A stretch of 64,000 nucleotides of DNA from Thermodesulfobacteriota bacterium (GTDB taxonomy: Bacteria > Desulfobacterota > Desulfarculia > JACQYL01): the NCBI GenBank assembly GCA_963675595.2, contig CAXXLZ010000002.1, forward strand, positions 3,040,001 to 3,104,000. The letters are read 5' to 3'. Position numbers and translations under genes: made by a program. The first letter of the stretch is position 1. Every line of letters begins with the position of its first letter. The notes below the pieces were generated by a model. It ran no database searches. It worked only from the letters and a program-made list of their open reading frames with translations, and was not told where the DNA came from. Below are positions 52,836 through 63,628 of the stretch, piece by piece.

Positions 52836-53912
52836 TCACCCGATGCCGGCCGGCATGTAAGTGCAAAGGGGTTCTTCTGCCAGGACGTCGCCGGTGGCCT
52901 CATACGCTCTGGCTCGGCAACCGCCGCAGACTTTTCTGTATTCGCAGACGCCGCATTTCCCTTTGTAATCATCGAAGTTCCTGAGCTTGAGGAACAGTTC
53001 GGATCGTTCCCAGATTTCCCGAAAAGGAGTTTGTCTCAAATTGCCGGCGGATAGTTCCAGGTATCCGCAGGGTTGGACCTGTCCCACGTGAGATATGAAA
53101 CAAAAGGAAATTCCCCCCAGGCATCCTCGAGTGACCGCGTCCAGCCCGTGGGACTCGTAGGAAATCTTCTTCCCCTCTTGCCGCGCTCTCTGACGCATGA
53201 TCCGGTAGTAGTGGGGCGCGCAGGTGGCCTTGATGTGAATCGGGGCCTTTTCCCTCTGGTCATACAGCCAATTGAGCACTTTCTCGTACTCCACGGCGTC
53301 GATGGATTGGTCTACCAGGTCTTTGCCCCGACCTGTGGGCACCAAGAGGAAGAAGTGGTGTGCCGCCGCTCCCAGGTGCACCGAAAAGTCCAGCAACGCC
53401 GGAATCTCACTCAAATTCTTACGAGTGATGGTGGTGTTCACCTGGAATTCGACTCCGGCGCGACGGAGTTCCTCAATGCCTCGCAGGGCGCCCTGGAAGG
53501 CACCGTCCACCTGACGAAATTGATCATGGGTTTCACGGGCGGCGCCGTCCAGACTGATACTGACCCGCTTGATTCCCGAATCCTTCATTCGTTTCGCCGC
53601 CTCGGCCGTGACAAGGGTGCCGTTGGGCGCCATGACCATGCGAAGCCCCAACGCCGTTCCTTGAGCGGCAAGTTCGAAAACGTCTTCCCGAAGCAGAGGT
53701 TCGCCCCCGGTGAGAATGATTACCGGTTTGGCCCAGCCGGCGAGGTGATCAAGAAAATCAAGTGCTTCGCGAGTGGACAGTTCTCCCTCGGGAATCTTGT
53801 TGTCCGCGGAGGCCCTGCAATGGATGCAGTTCAGATTGCATCGTCGCGTCACTTCCCAAGCGATCATGCGGGGTGTGTTCGGTTCAAAGACCGTGGTGCC
53901 GGATGAATGCAT
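52836..53912 (-). CDS. ahbD: Radical SAM/SPASM heme b synthase (alternative heme pathway)
   Basis: AWEVTRRCNLNCIHC, LVPTGRG, TCAPHYYR, RGCLGG, CGVCEY..CGGCRARA. Confidence 0.9.
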   Translation of the reverse strand: MHSSGTTVFEPNTPRMIAWEVTRRCNLNCIHCRASADNKIPEGELSTREALDFLDHLAGWAKPVIILTGGEPLLREDVFELAAQGTALGLRMVMAPNGTLVTAEAAKRMKDSGIKRVSISLDGAARETHDQFRQVDGAFQGALRGIEELRRAGVEFQVNTTITRKNLSEIPALLDFSVHLGAAAHHFFLLVPTGRGKDLVDQSIDAVEYEKVLNWLYDQREKAPIHIKATCAPHYYRIMRQRARQEGKKISYESHGLDAVTRGCLGGISFCFISHVGQVQPCGYLELSAGNLRQTPFREIWERSELFLKLRNFDDYKGKCGVCEYRKVCGGCRARAYEATGDVLAEEPLCTYMPAGIG

Positions 53913-54099
53913 AAAAGCGGGTTACCCAGAGGTTGTATTCCGGCATGATGGACCGTGAGCCGTGGAAAGCATTCCATTGTGTCGGTGTGCCGGTTCGCGA
54001 CCAAGGAGCTTTCCGCCGGCGGACAACAGCCGGAAGAGAGTGAATGGCGTCCGCCCGGTCGAATACGGCCGGGAGCGGAGGTATCCGGAGGATCGGGAC

Positions 54100-55077
54100 T
54101 TATGACCCGTTCAACACGCCTGCGGCGTCTTTGGCGAAGTAGGTGATGATCAGATCGGCTCCCGCACGCTTAATGGACAGCAGAGTCTCCATCATCACCC
54201 GGTCCTTGTCCAACCAACCTCGCTCCGCCGCGGCCAGAATCATGCTGTACTCACCGCTCACATTGTAGGCGGCGATGGGCAGGTCGAACTCTTCCCTGGC
54301 GCGACAAATCACATCCAGATAGGCCAGGGCGGGTTTCACCATTACGATGTCGGCTCCTTCTTCCACGTCCTGAGCGATCTCTCGAAGGGCTTCCAGCGCG
54401 TTTCCGGGGTCCATCTGGTACGTTCGACGGTCTCCGAATTGAGGCGCCGAGTCGGCGGCTTCCCTGAAGGGTCCATAATAGGCGGAGGCATATTTCGCCG
54501 AATAGCTCATCAAGGCCGTCATCTCGAAGCCGTTTTCATCCAGAACATCCCTGATTTCCGCCACACGGCCGTCCATCATGTCCGAAGGCGCCACCATATC
54601 GGCCCCGGCCTGAGCATGGGAGAGCGCCGTCTTGGCCAACAACTCGAGGCTCGGGTCGTTCCGGATTTCTCCATTCTCCACAAATCCGCAATGGCCGTGA
54701 TCCGTATACGCGCACAAACAGACGTCGGTGACCACGCACAGGTCGGGGACACGGGATTTGATTTCCCGTATCGCTTTCTGAACAACTCCGTCCTTGTGAT
54801 AAGCCCTGCTTGCCACCGGGTCTTTGGATTCGGGCAGACCGAAGAGCAACACCGCGGGAATGCCCAATTTGAATGCCGCCTCCGCTTCCTCGGCCACTTT
54901 GTCCACGGACCAGTGATACATGCCGGGCATGGCCGCAATGGGCTCTTTGAGCTTCTTGCCCGGCGCCACGAAAAGAGGATAAATGAAATCATCCACCGAG
55001 AGGGCGGTCTCGCGAACCATTCTTCTCAAAGCCGGGCTTCTGCGCAATCGGCGGAGCCGGGATTCAGGAAACATCAT
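54100..55077 (-). CDS. hemB: Porphobilinogen synthase
   Basis: [39 protein letters not shown]. Confidence 0.97.
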   Translation of the reverse strand: MMFPESRLRRLRRSPALRRMVRETALSVDDFIYPLFVAPGKKLKEPIAAMPGMYHWSVDKVAEEAEAAFKLGIPAVLLFGLPESKDPVASRAYHKDGVVQKAIREIKSRVPDLCVVTDVCLCAYTDHGHCGFVENGEIRNDPSLELLAKTALSHAQAGADMVAPSDMMDGRVAEIRDVLDENGFEMTALMSYSAKYASAYYGPFREAADSAPQFGDRRTYQMDPGNALEALREIAQDVEEGADIVMVKPALAYLDVICRAREEFDLPIAAYNVSGEYSMILAAAERGWLDKDRVMMETLLSIKRAGADLIITYFAKDAAGVLNGS

Positions 55078-56257
55078 GATTGTGAATCTCCTCTTCGGTC
55101 AGGTAGCAAGCGGGATCGGGAGCCCAAACGTCTCCATGTACCGCCTCCGCGCGAACTCTGAAATTCCCTGCGCACACGTCCAGCCAGCGGCATTGGGCGC
55201 ATCTTCCCTTCATATACTCCTTCTTGTTCTTGAGTCGAGCCATCAAAGGATGGGACAAATCGGTCCAGATTTCGCTGAAAGGCCGCTCGCGCACGTTGCC
55301 GAAAGACACATGTCGCCAGAATTGGTCCGCGTGAACGGTCCCGTCCCAGCTCACGCAACCGATGCCTCGTCCGGAGCTGTTGCCCTCGTTCATCTTGAGC
55401 AGTTCCAAGACCTCGGGAGCCCTGGGATCTCCTTCCCGGAGCATGCGCAGATAGACGTAGGGGCCGTCGGCGTGGTTGTCCACCGTTAAGACTTCTTTGG
55501 GTTTGCCCCGATCATGCAGGTCCTTGGTCCGATCCATGATCAGGTCCACTACTTGCCGGGTCTGTTCGAGAGAAAGGTCGTCTTGTACCATGGATGACCC
55601 CCTGCCCGCATAGACCAGATGATAGAAGCAGATTCGCGGGATGTCCAGCTCCTCCAACAGGTCGAAGAGAGGGCCCACTTCCTCATAATTCATGCGGTTG
55701 ATGGTGAACCGAAGGCCTACTTTAATGCCTGCGTCACGAGCGTTGCGGATGCCGTCCATGGCGTCGTCGAAGGCCCCGGCCTTGCCCCTGAAAAGGTCGT
55801 TCACGTCCCGCCTGCCGTCCAGGCTGATGCCCACGTAGGACAATCCCACCCGTTTCAGCTCACGGGCCTTTTCCCGCGTAATCAACGTGCCGTTGGTGGA
55901 AATGACGGCCCGCATGCCTTTCCGAACAGCGTAGTCCGCCAACTCCACCAGGTCCTTGCGAAGTAGGGGTTCGCCTCCGGAGAACAAAACCACCGGGGAT
56001 CCAAAAGCGGCCAGATCGTCCAGAAGCGCCTTGCCTTCTTCGGTGGAGAGTTCGCCGCGAAGTTCCTCCTCCGTAGCCTGGGCGTAACAATGAACACATT
56101 TGAGATTACACGCCCGGGTCATGTTCCAGACCACCACGGGCTTCTTGTCCTCGGAGAACTGGAGCAGATGGGAAGGGAGCTTTCCCGAGTGCCGACCGTA
56201 ACGCAACACGTCCGACGGCTCAACAGTGCCGCAATAGAGCTTGGAAATTCCGATCAT
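55064..56257 (-). CDS. ahbC: Radical SAM 12,18-didecarboxysiroheme deacetylase
   Basis: [10 protein letters not shown] start, [38 protein letters not shown]. Confidence 0.9.
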   Translation of the reverse strand: MIGISKLYCGTVEPSDVLRYGRHSGKLPSHLLQFSEDKKPVVVWNMTRACNLKCVHCYAQATEEELRGELSTEEGKALLDDLAAFGSPVVLFSGGEPLLRKDLVELADYAVRKGMRAVISTNGTLITREKARELKRVGLSYVGISLDGRRDVNDLFRGKAGAFDDAMDGIRNARDAGIKVGLRFTINRMNYEEVGPLFDLLEELDIPRICFYHLVYAGRGSSMVQDDLSLEQTRQVVDLIMDRTKDLHDRGKPKEVLTVDNHADGPYVYLRMLREGDPRAPEVLELLKMNEGNSSGRGIGCVSWDGTVHADQFWRHVSFGNVRERPFSEIWTDLSHPLMARLKNKKEYMKGRCAQCRWLDVCAGNFRVRAEAVHGDVWAPDPACYLTEEEIHNHDVS

Positions 56258-58077
56258 GATTCGGTCCTGCAGGTTTGGTCGATGCCTTCCCGGATTTCTT
56301 CCTGGGAAAAATACTGCTTTATGAGGTTGCTCAAAAAGGATTCCGGATCGCGCAGCGCCTCGTCGGTAAGATTGAATTCCCTGCAACCGGTGCGTTCTTT
56401 GATGAGCCGGAGTCCGTATTCGAAATCCTTGGCCAGACCGGCGCAGATGTCCGATGCTTCGGTGTCCGACTCCAAGGCGCGGAGCAGAATCAGGTTCACC
56501 GCGTCCTGGGTGAAATGAACCGCGAAGCCGTACCGTTCCTCCAAGGTGGATTCGTATTCCTTCACCTGAGAGTACAAAGAGAAAACTTCCTCCAGTGCGT
56601 GATTGGTGTCAATACCCATTTGCACATGGAATTCGTTGATGAGGTCGATGGTCGCATCATTGAGATCCAGGCCGAATTCATCGATCTGCTTGCTTTTCTT
56701 ACGAATAAGTATCTCTTCGATGGCTTTGCGGTCGTCCTGGACGGCTTTTTCGAACCGTTCGTCTCCCGGGAGCATACCGCCTCGTTCAAGCAGCGCGGCG
56801 AGCTCTTCTCCGGGTTTTTCCACCAGTTCAGGTGTGACGAGCAACGTCTTGATCTGCGTGGACGGCAGTTTCTTTTCGAAGGGGATCAACGCCTTTTCCA
56901 CTACGCTGACCAATCCGCGGGCTCCCGTTTTCTCCAGGGACGCCATTTCCGCCAATCGGTGCAACGCACCGTCCTCGAAGCGAATATCGATCCCATAAGA
57001 TCGGAAGTCCCTCTTTTTGCTGATGATAATGGGATTATTGGGGTTCCGCAGAATCTGATACAGGTCTTCAACTCCGAGCTCTTCAAAAACCGCCGCCACC
57101 GGAAGCCGACCAATGAACTCGGACTCAAAGCCGTATTTAAGAAAATCCTCGGTCTTGATATCTTTTAGAATGGAACCGGGGACTTCTTTGGTCTCCACTT
57201 CTCCTCCGAATCCGATGCGGGCCTTGCTCAACCTTTCGTGAATCATCTTATCAATGCCGGTAAACGCTCCGCTGACGATGAACAGAATGTCTTTGGTGTT
57301 GACGGTCTTTTTCTCGCGCTTACCCGTCTTTCGATAGTTTTCGATGGCCTGGATCTGCGAAATGGGATCATGGGGAACCTTCAGGTCCACTTCGGTTTCT
57401 TCCATGAGTTTCAGCAGAGCCCGCTGGACTCCGCTGCGGGAGACGTCCGGGCCGATCATGCTGTGGCTGGAAGCGATCTTGTCGATTTCGTCGATGTAAA
57501 CGATGCCGTATTGTGCGAGCTCGATATCCTCGTCCGCCTCGTAAACCAGGTCGCGGATCAAGTCCTCCACATCGCCCCCCACATACCCCGTTTCACTGAA
57601 CTTGGTTGCGTCGCCTTTGACAAAGGGAACGCCGATATGGCGGGCGATCAGCTTGATAATATAGGTCTTGCCTACCCCGGTGGGACCCACAAGAATAATG
57701 TTGTTTTTAATGGAACCCACCAGTTCGCGTCTTTTCCTTCGTGCCGAACTTCCCGCGAACTTGATCCGATTGAAATGGGTGCAAATCTTGGTCGCCAGAA
57801 TGGACTTGGCCATATCCTGCCGAATGACGTATTCATCCAGATAGGATTCCATTTCCTCCGGTTTCATGTCGAAATGAATATCTTCCACGGACCGTTTCCC
57901 TGATTCGGAAGCGGATTCATCGGAAGCGGAAGGTTTGGGTATCATAAAAGGAGATACGATCTTAACTCGGTCTCCGTATTTTTTGGACAGGTAGTCACTC
58001 AACTCTTTTTCGAGTTCCTTCTGATCGGGAATCTTGGAATCCTTCACCGCAGAGGACTCGGGCTTGTCTAACGTCAT
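56254..58077 (-). CDS. ClpX-like AAA+ ATPase lacking the N-terminal zinc-binding domain, with C-terminal extension
   Basis: GPTGVGKT, DATKFSETGYVG, IDEIDK, IGF loop, EFIGRLP, TGARGL. Confidence 0.85.
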   Translation of the reverse strand: MTLDKPESSAVKDSKIPDQKELEKELSDYLSKKYGDRVKIVSPFMIPKPSASDESASESGKRSVEDIHFDMKPEEMESYLDEYVIRQDMAKSILATKICTHFNRIKFAGSSARRKRRELVGSIKNNIILVGPTGVGKTYIIKLIARHIGVPFVKGDATKFSETGYVGGDVEDLIRDLVYEADEDIELAQYGIVYIDEIDKIASSHSMIGPDVSRSGVQRALLKLMEETEVDLKVPHDPISQIQAIENYRKTGKREKKTVNTKDILFIVSGAFTGIDKMIHERLSKARIGFGGEVETKEVPGSILKDIKTEDFLKYGFESEFIGRLPVAAVFEELGVEDLYQILRNPNNPIIISKKRDFRSYGIDIRFEDGALHRLAEMASLEKTGARGLVSVVEKALIPFEKKLPSTQIKTLLVTPELVEKPGEELAALLERGGMLPGDERFEKAVQDDRKAIEEILIRKKSKQIDEFGLDLNDATIDLINEFHVQMGIDTNHALEEVFSLYSQVKEYESTLEERYGFAVHFTQDAVNLILLRALESDTEASDICAGLAKDFEYGLRLIKERTGCREFNLTDEALRDPESFLSNLIKQYFSQEEIREGIDQTCRTES

Positions 58078-58508
58078 AAATGTTTCCTTCTCTTACGAAA
58101 TTTTGTTTGATTATAGTCATCGACTTGGTGGGGCGCAACCTGGCCGGGGGAAGGGGCGCCGGCGGAGATCAATGTGCCTCCGGAAAGGACCCGGATCCGT
58201 GCGGCATTCAACGAGGCGCCGTTGTGCATCGTTGCCGGGCACATTGAGAAAGCAGAGCCGGCTCGAAATTTGCTTAAATGTGAAAGCTAGAAACGAGTGA
58301 AAATCGACTCGCGAGGTCGCCGGCGGTCCTACTAGAAATGGGCAGGGTAGCGTAAGGCCGCTCTCTTATAAATAATTGTTGAATATTTAAGTTTAATTAT
58401 GCATAATTATAATAATTGTGAATGCCGGGAACATGCATACCGGACTCCGACGCCGGAGCCTGCGAGGCCTACCGGAATGTGGCCGCGGGTTACCCCTGCG
58501 TCGGAGAT

Positions 58509-58537
58509 TTGACAGGAACCATAATATGACTATTATG
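58509..58537 (+). promoter_or_regulatory. Sigma70-like promoter overlapped by an inverted-repeat operator
   Basis: TTGACA-16 nt-TATTAT; CATAATA-TGAC-TATTATG overlaps the -10 element. Confidence 0.55.
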
Positions 58538-58633
58538 AAGCGCATGACGGAGGGACGATCCCACGAGATTGTAGACACGAGCCGCCGCGGAGCAAAGTCC
58601 GAAAGGCAACGGATCTGCTACGGGAGCAGTAAC

Positions 58634-59866
58634 ATGGGGCCGGTTACCGGTTTAGATGGAAGCCGTGGAGGCGCCTCACGCCTCATCGTTTGTACGCTGA
58701 TCGGAGTGCTGGTCCTCACTTTGGGGATGAGCGCGGCCTTTGCCGATCCGGAAAAAAGCGTATCGGCACCTTCCGCCCTGGAAAACGATCTTACCTACCT
58801 TTTCTCTTTTTCAGACTCTAAATCCAACGATTTTGATCCGTCACGAGTTCGAACGCTCATCGATTTCGTCTCTGAAGAAAAACGCGAAGATGTCCTGTAC
58901 CGTCCCGCGGACCGCGACGGGATGGAAGGGGCCTACTTCGAAAACGACGTACACGCCGAGCTAGACAAAGTACTGGCCTACAATTATCATCCCGACGTTC
59001 CCGGTTTCCTAATGCGCCCCATGAGCATTCGCTACAGCGGATGGCGTGAAGCTTCCTCGACTCGGGAAGATCTGCTTCGTATTTGTCGGGCCGGGACGGA
59101 AAAGACTCCCCTTGTCGTACGGGGCGTCGAATACCAGGAAAACACTCCGGACAGCTACTCGGGCGGATATTATAACTACGATTCCCATCGCACGCTCATC
59201 AAGTTTGAACTGGACGGTCGGGAGGTGCTGCTGTCCATCTCCAAACAGGTCGCACCCTCGGCGCCGGGAAAGAAAGGCGTGATCATCGGACGGGACGAAG
59301 ACTGGAATTATTTCTATTCCGGCGAAAAAGGCCTTACCAAAGAAGGGTTGGGCTGGGCCTCGACCTACGTTTATGATTCCATGAGCGTGTTTATCTACTG
59401 CGAGAACGACCACAAGAGCGGTGTCACCCGTGCCGGAGGATTCAGTTGGCTCAAAGCCGGCTGGATGTCCATCAACGTGGTGAGCTCCTCTCACATCCGT
59501 TCGGGGCTCGAGCGTTCACTGGAGGGACTGAGACAAGTGGTGGAAGCCGCCTCCCTGCCGGAACCCAAAGAGTTCGCCGAGATCTACGAAGAGGTGCAAT
59601 CCCTGTCCGAGCGCGATCTGCGGGAGCGGATGCGCCCTTATGGCCGCGCCCTCAAGCGTGTGGCGCAAGACGATCCCGTTCTCTCCAGAGACGAATTCGC
59701 CTGCATCATCTCCAAGGACAACTACCTGGAGATGTTGTCCAAGAAAGAACTGGAAAGCCTTTTCCTGGTGGAATACCTTAAACGGCGTCTCGGCAAGACT
59801 TCCCTCATGAGAGACACGGCCATCACCTGGAGAAAGGACAAGGAGCCGGCCGTCAAATCGCGTTAG
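58634..59866 (+). CDS. Exported hypothetical protein
   Basis: Signal peptide ending AAFA-D; about 410-aa ORF with normal codon usage; probable ATG at 58634 after GGGAG. Confidence 0.65.
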   Translation: MGPVTGLDGSRGGASRLIVCTLIGVLVLTLGMSAAFADPEKSVSAPSALENDLTYLFSFSDSKSNDFDPSRVRTLIDFVSEEKREDVLYRPADRDGMEGAYFENDVHAELDKVLAYNYHPDVPGFLMRPMSIRYSGWREASSTREDLLRICRAGTEKTPLVVRGVEYQENTPDSYSGGYYNYDSHRTLIKFELDGREVLLSISKQVAPSAPGKKGVIIGRDEDWNYFYSGEKGLTKEGLGWASTYVYDSMSVFIYCENDHKSGVTRAGGFSWLKAGWMSINVVSSSHIRSGLERSLEGLRQVVEAASLPEPKEFAEIYEEVQSLSERDLRERMRPYGRALKRVAQDDPVLSRDEFACIISKDNYLEMLSKKELESLFLVEYLKRRLGKTSLMRDTAITWRKDKEPAVKSR

Positions 59867-59974
59867 CGAACCGACTCCCTCGAACTTCACGGTTAACGGC
59901 GTCTCGTTCCGGGACATCGAACCAATCTCCGTCTCCCACGCCTAACGCCGCAGACCGCGTTTTTCCCCGACCTG

Positions 59975-61072
59975 CTAGCCGTTGAATTCCTGGTAGAGCA
60001 ACTCTTCGAGCTCCGTTCCCTTGACGGCCCAAGGGAGAAGTTCCTCATCCGCCGTACCGGCGTTCCAGCAGAACACGAACAGTCCCTTCATATGGAACCA
60101 GCGGGCGATGGCTTCGCGAATGGCCCGAATGGCGTTGAGCTTGCCTTCGGCTTCTCTCGTGGGATCGATGTGATTGCATTCCGTCAGGATGACGTCGCGG
60201 TCGATGAGCATGTCCATTTCAATCAGTTTGGCTTCCGTGGACGCGTCCACGCCGCCGTCCGAGTAGTAGTGGAAGTTGAACTGGTCCGTGTAGTCCTCCA
60301 ACCCGGCGTCCAAAAGGTCCTTGGTAATGGAGTTGTAATAGGATTCCACAATGCTCGTCATGCCTGAATTCAACACCAGGGCATCGGGGTCTTCGGCTTT
60401 GAGAATGGAGCGGACTCGCGCGAGAAACGTCACGTACTCGTCGGCGGTGATCTTCGCCCCCGTGGGTCCCAACATGTACCGATCCGGGTGCCACGCCTCG
60501 TTCCAGACCTGATACGCGTAGGCTCTGCCTTTCGCGTATTGCGCCACGGAACGGATGTAGGGCTCGAACTCATTGACGAACCAGGTTTCGTCCGTGGCCG
60601 CGGCATAGGCGTAATTGGAATTGCGCGTCTGATCCTCCAATCGGATGGTGAGGTAGAGCCCGTTTCCGGCGCAGCGCTCGATGACGTTGCGCATTTCCCG
60701 GGCGTCCTGCGCGTCCTCCCAATATCCCTTCCAGATGTTGCTGATGACGAAGTCCCCGATGCGCTTCATCCGCTGATAATCGTCTTCCGTAGGATAGGCT
60801 TTGGTCAACCCGTCGGCCAAAGGAAGCTGAACGTGCCGGACCCCGAGGCCCGTGGAATAGCTGAAGAAAGGCGCGTCGGGATCCGTGGGCGCGAGGGCCT
60901 TCAGGCTCTTGCCGAGGGCGGATGAACCTGTACTGTTGAGCAGAACCGGGTTCAGGTGAAAACCAAAGGCTTCTCGACCCACGTCGCTTCCACCGGAAGA
61001 ACAGGACGGCAGCATCGTTCCGGCCAGGGCGAGGGAGACCAGTTTGAGAAATTCTCTTCTGGAAGGCGTCAT
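59975..61072 (-). CDS. Tat-exported lipoprotein, clan GH-A glycoside hydrolase-like
   Basis: SRREFLK twin-arginine motif, lipobox LPSC, WNE acid/base, FHYY, LTE nucleophile. Confidence 0.7.
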   Translation of the reverse strand: MTPSRREFLKLVSLALAGTMLPSCSSGGSDVGREAFGFHLNPVLLNSTGSSALGKSLKALAPTDPDAPFFSYSTGLGVRHVQLPLADGLTKAYPTEDDYQRMKRIGDFVISNIWKGYWEDAQDAREMRNVIERCAGNGLYLTIRLEDQTRNSNYAYAAATDETWFVNEFEPYIRSVAQYAKGRAYAYQVWNEAWHPDRYMLGPTGAKITADEYVTFLARVRSILKAEDPDALVLNSGMTSIVESYYNSITKDLLDAGLEDYTDQFNFHYYSDGGVDASTEAKLIEMDMLIDRDVILTECNHIDPTREAEGKLNAIRAIREAIARWFHMKGLFVFCWNAGTADEELLPWAVKGTELEELLYQEFNG

Positions 61073-61552
61073 CTTGGGACTCCTTGCGTTAAGCGGGCTA
61101 AAGGTTCTTTTGCGGGAAAGCCGACCGAGTCCGCCGGATTCGAGAAAAAGAGCACGGTGAAGAAGAAACGGAGAATCCCTTTGGAGCGGTTCCCACAAGT
61201 CGGCGAACCGCAAACGGGTCGGCTGTCGCACCCGGACACGGCATATTCAAAGACTTCCGACGGATCGCACCCTTGTCGCGAAAGAAATAGGCTTCAATGG
61301 GTCCTTCGCCCTCTTCCAAGGTCGATGGGAAAACTCCGGGCCGGGACTATATCAAAGGGAATCAATGAAGAGTACCACGACGACCGCGAAAGCTCAAAGC
61401 CGCGAGACGCTTGAGTCACGAGCGGTTCATAGGAAAGACGATCCCCGGACAGGGGAAGATCGACGAAAAAGGATCAAAATTGAAGAAAAATCCCACCCGA
61501 TTCCCCTTGATCCCACCTCGGTCAATGGGTTATAAAAACGTTTCATCTTCAT

Positions 61553-61626
61553 TGGGGGATCGTCTAGCGGCAGGACGGCAGACTCTGGATCTGTCTACCG
61601 AGGTTCGAATCCTCGTCCCCCAGCCA
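61553..61626 (+). tRNA. tRNA-Gln (anticodon CTG)
   Basis: Cloverleaf: TGGGGGA/TCCCCCA acceptor stem, GCAGA-CTCTGGA-TCTGT anticodon arm, GGTTCGAATCC, encoded CCA; 74 nt. Confidence 0.96.
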
Positions 61627-61634
61627 GTAAATTC

Positions 61635-61670
61635 AAGGGGTCAGCGGCTGTCGCTGACCCCTTTTCCTTT
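61635..61670 (+). terminator. Terminator hairpin after tRNA-Gln
   Basis: AAGGGGTCAGCG-GCTGT-CGCTGACCCCTT followed by TTCCTTT. Confidence 0.75.
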
Positions 61671-61689
61671 TCGTCCCGGCCAAGGTGTG

Positions 61690-61967
61690 CGGTTTCTTGA
61701 GTCGAGTCCGACGAGAACAGCTCGAATACCTCCATCGCTACCCTTTCGGCACGACCGATGCTGTGGAGATAAATCTCGGTTGTCGAACGATTCTCATGGC
61801 CCAAAATGCGCTGGATGCTTCCGAGACCCACATTGGCGTAATCCAGGACCGAAGACTCAAAATGTCCGAGTGCATAGAATCCGAAGGGCTTCACTCCGGC
61901 CTTCTTGCAGAGGCTCGACATCGTCTTGTTACGATGCAGAAAAGGACCTTCATTTCTTCTTCCGGAT
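61690..61967 (-). pseudogene. C-terminal remnant of a tyrosine recombinase/integrase
   Basis: CKKAGVKPFGFYALGHF...IQRILGHENRSTTEIYLH (degenerate HxLR, LGH, catalytic Tyr); truncated at the IS end; points toward the tRNA. Confidence 0.8.
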
Positions 61968-63523
61968 CTAGAGTTTAGAGTCCGGCGACCCTTTGGTATG
62001 GGAAAACTGCGAATAAATTCAACAAAGTACTCGACATTGCCGCGCGGATGCGCGGCCGCCTTTGGCGGCCCTTTAAGGAAAGAAACCTTTCCTTGGGAGT
62101 CAACCAATGGATTCGACGGCTCAAGTACTTTCGCTCCTATTGCATTGGATTTCCTTTCTATTTCAGGCCGTTCCGCGCAGAATCGCTCCGACTCTTCCGG
62201 CACTCCTGATGGGATGTATGGTCTGCCGCGGCGGCCATATTTCTTCCGCCCTTCCGGCGGTCCGACCCCGGTTGTCATGGACCGCCTATTACAAGGCCGC
62301 CGAAAAGGCCGATTCCAATGGCTTGTACTGGCCCGCCAATGGATGCCCCTGATTCTGAAGCGGATTCCAGACCGATCCATCGAGTTCACTATAGACGACT
62401 TCCCTTTGCCCCGATCGCCCAAGAAAGCTCCCTGCGCCGCTTGGCATTACGATCACGCGCACCGACCCAACCGCCCCAAATTCCTGTGGGGACAGCTTCG
62501 AGTTTCTCTGGCGGTCATCTGCCGCCACAAGGGCCGGGTAGCCGCATTTCCCCTCTTGTTTCGGCTCATCCGCAAGAAAGGGAACACCAGCAAACTGGAC
62601 GCAGCACGGCTTTTGATGTCCGTTCTCTTGAGTTGGCTGCCGGATCGCTTCCTCCTTATTCTGCTGCTCGATGCCTGGTATATGAAAAGCTCCCTGGTGG
62701 TTCCCCTGATTCGCCAAGGTGTGACGGTCATCGGCCAAGTCCGCAAAGATACCGCCCTGTTTTTGCCTCCGGACAATCCGCCTCGGAAGAAACGGGGCAG
62801 ACCCGGAAAGTATGGGCAAAAAATCACCTTGGAAAACATCGAACGATTCTGTCGTCCGGTGGAGAAAACCCTCTTTGCCTGCGGCTCGGAACAGGTTTTC
62901 CAGTTCTACCAAACCAAAGCCAAAGCCAAAGTCCGCTTCCTGGACGGCCGGTTGTGCAAGATCGTGTGGTGCCGGTTTATGTCCGACAACCCCTCTTGGT
63001 CGGATTGGCATCTTCTGATCAGTACCGATCTCGCCATGGACGACGCGAAAGTCATTACACGCCATGCACGGCGGTGGTGGACCGAGCCCATGTTCAACGA
63101 GATCAAGCACCTGTTCGGACTGAAAAATGCTTGGCAGCAGACGCGGCAGACATTGGCTCGATGCAGCATGATCTTGTGCCTGGTCTACGGCTTGCCACGG
63201 CTCTTGGCACTCTGCCCGGGTCCCAACGCGGCCTATACCATGTTTCCTATCCCTTGGAGAAAGAACAGACCCGCCACCGCCGGCTGGATGGCCGCGGCCA
63301 TCGGTCGTCTTTTCGGCAACTTAAACGTTCGAGCCATGTGGAACCGGAAATCCAAAAAATTCCAACCGGATTTGACCGATTCTCCAAGAAACTTCGGGCG
63401 CTCCGCCTGATATCCGTGTTCAGTCAATCATCTCAAAGCCTTACGTCAACGGCATTCAACCCGTCTTGGAGAACTATGCTCTTGTGAACAAAATTGGCTG
63501 GCTCGCACGGCTCTAAACTCTTG
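61968..63523 (+). mobile_element. IS701-like insertion sequence (about 1.56 kb)
   Basis: 13-bp terminal IRs CTAGAGTTTAGAG and CTCTAAACTCTTG (12/13 match) enclosing a DDE transposase. Confidence 0.75.
62107..63410 (+). pseudogene. DDE transposase split by a frameshift at about 62302-62308
   Basis: Frame 1 MDSTAQ...YYKAAEK; frame 2 GRFQW...IDD...LDAWY...RGRPGKYG...RWWTEPMFNEIK. Confidence 0.75.
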
Positions 63524-63628
63524 TAATATTAAAATGTTGCCTCATTTCATGAAAGTACGGCCGTCGAATGTAGGCTTACGACCATCACCCTTTTGCTCGT
63601 ATTGGCATTGCGTGAACCGGCCTCCCTC

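Noticed and set aside
58445-58620. Hairpin and GCAAAGTCCGAAAGG considered as SRP RNA or a c-di-GMP-I riboswitch
   Set aside because: Lacks the SRP CAGG-GNRA-AGCA core and the GACGCAAA element; kept only as an unexplained structure.
61595-63487. Track ORFs 61595-62422, 61905-63410 and 62318-63487 as full genes
   Set aside because: They are chimeric or alternate-frame readings across the tRNA, integrase remnant and IS; only the sub-segments have motifs.
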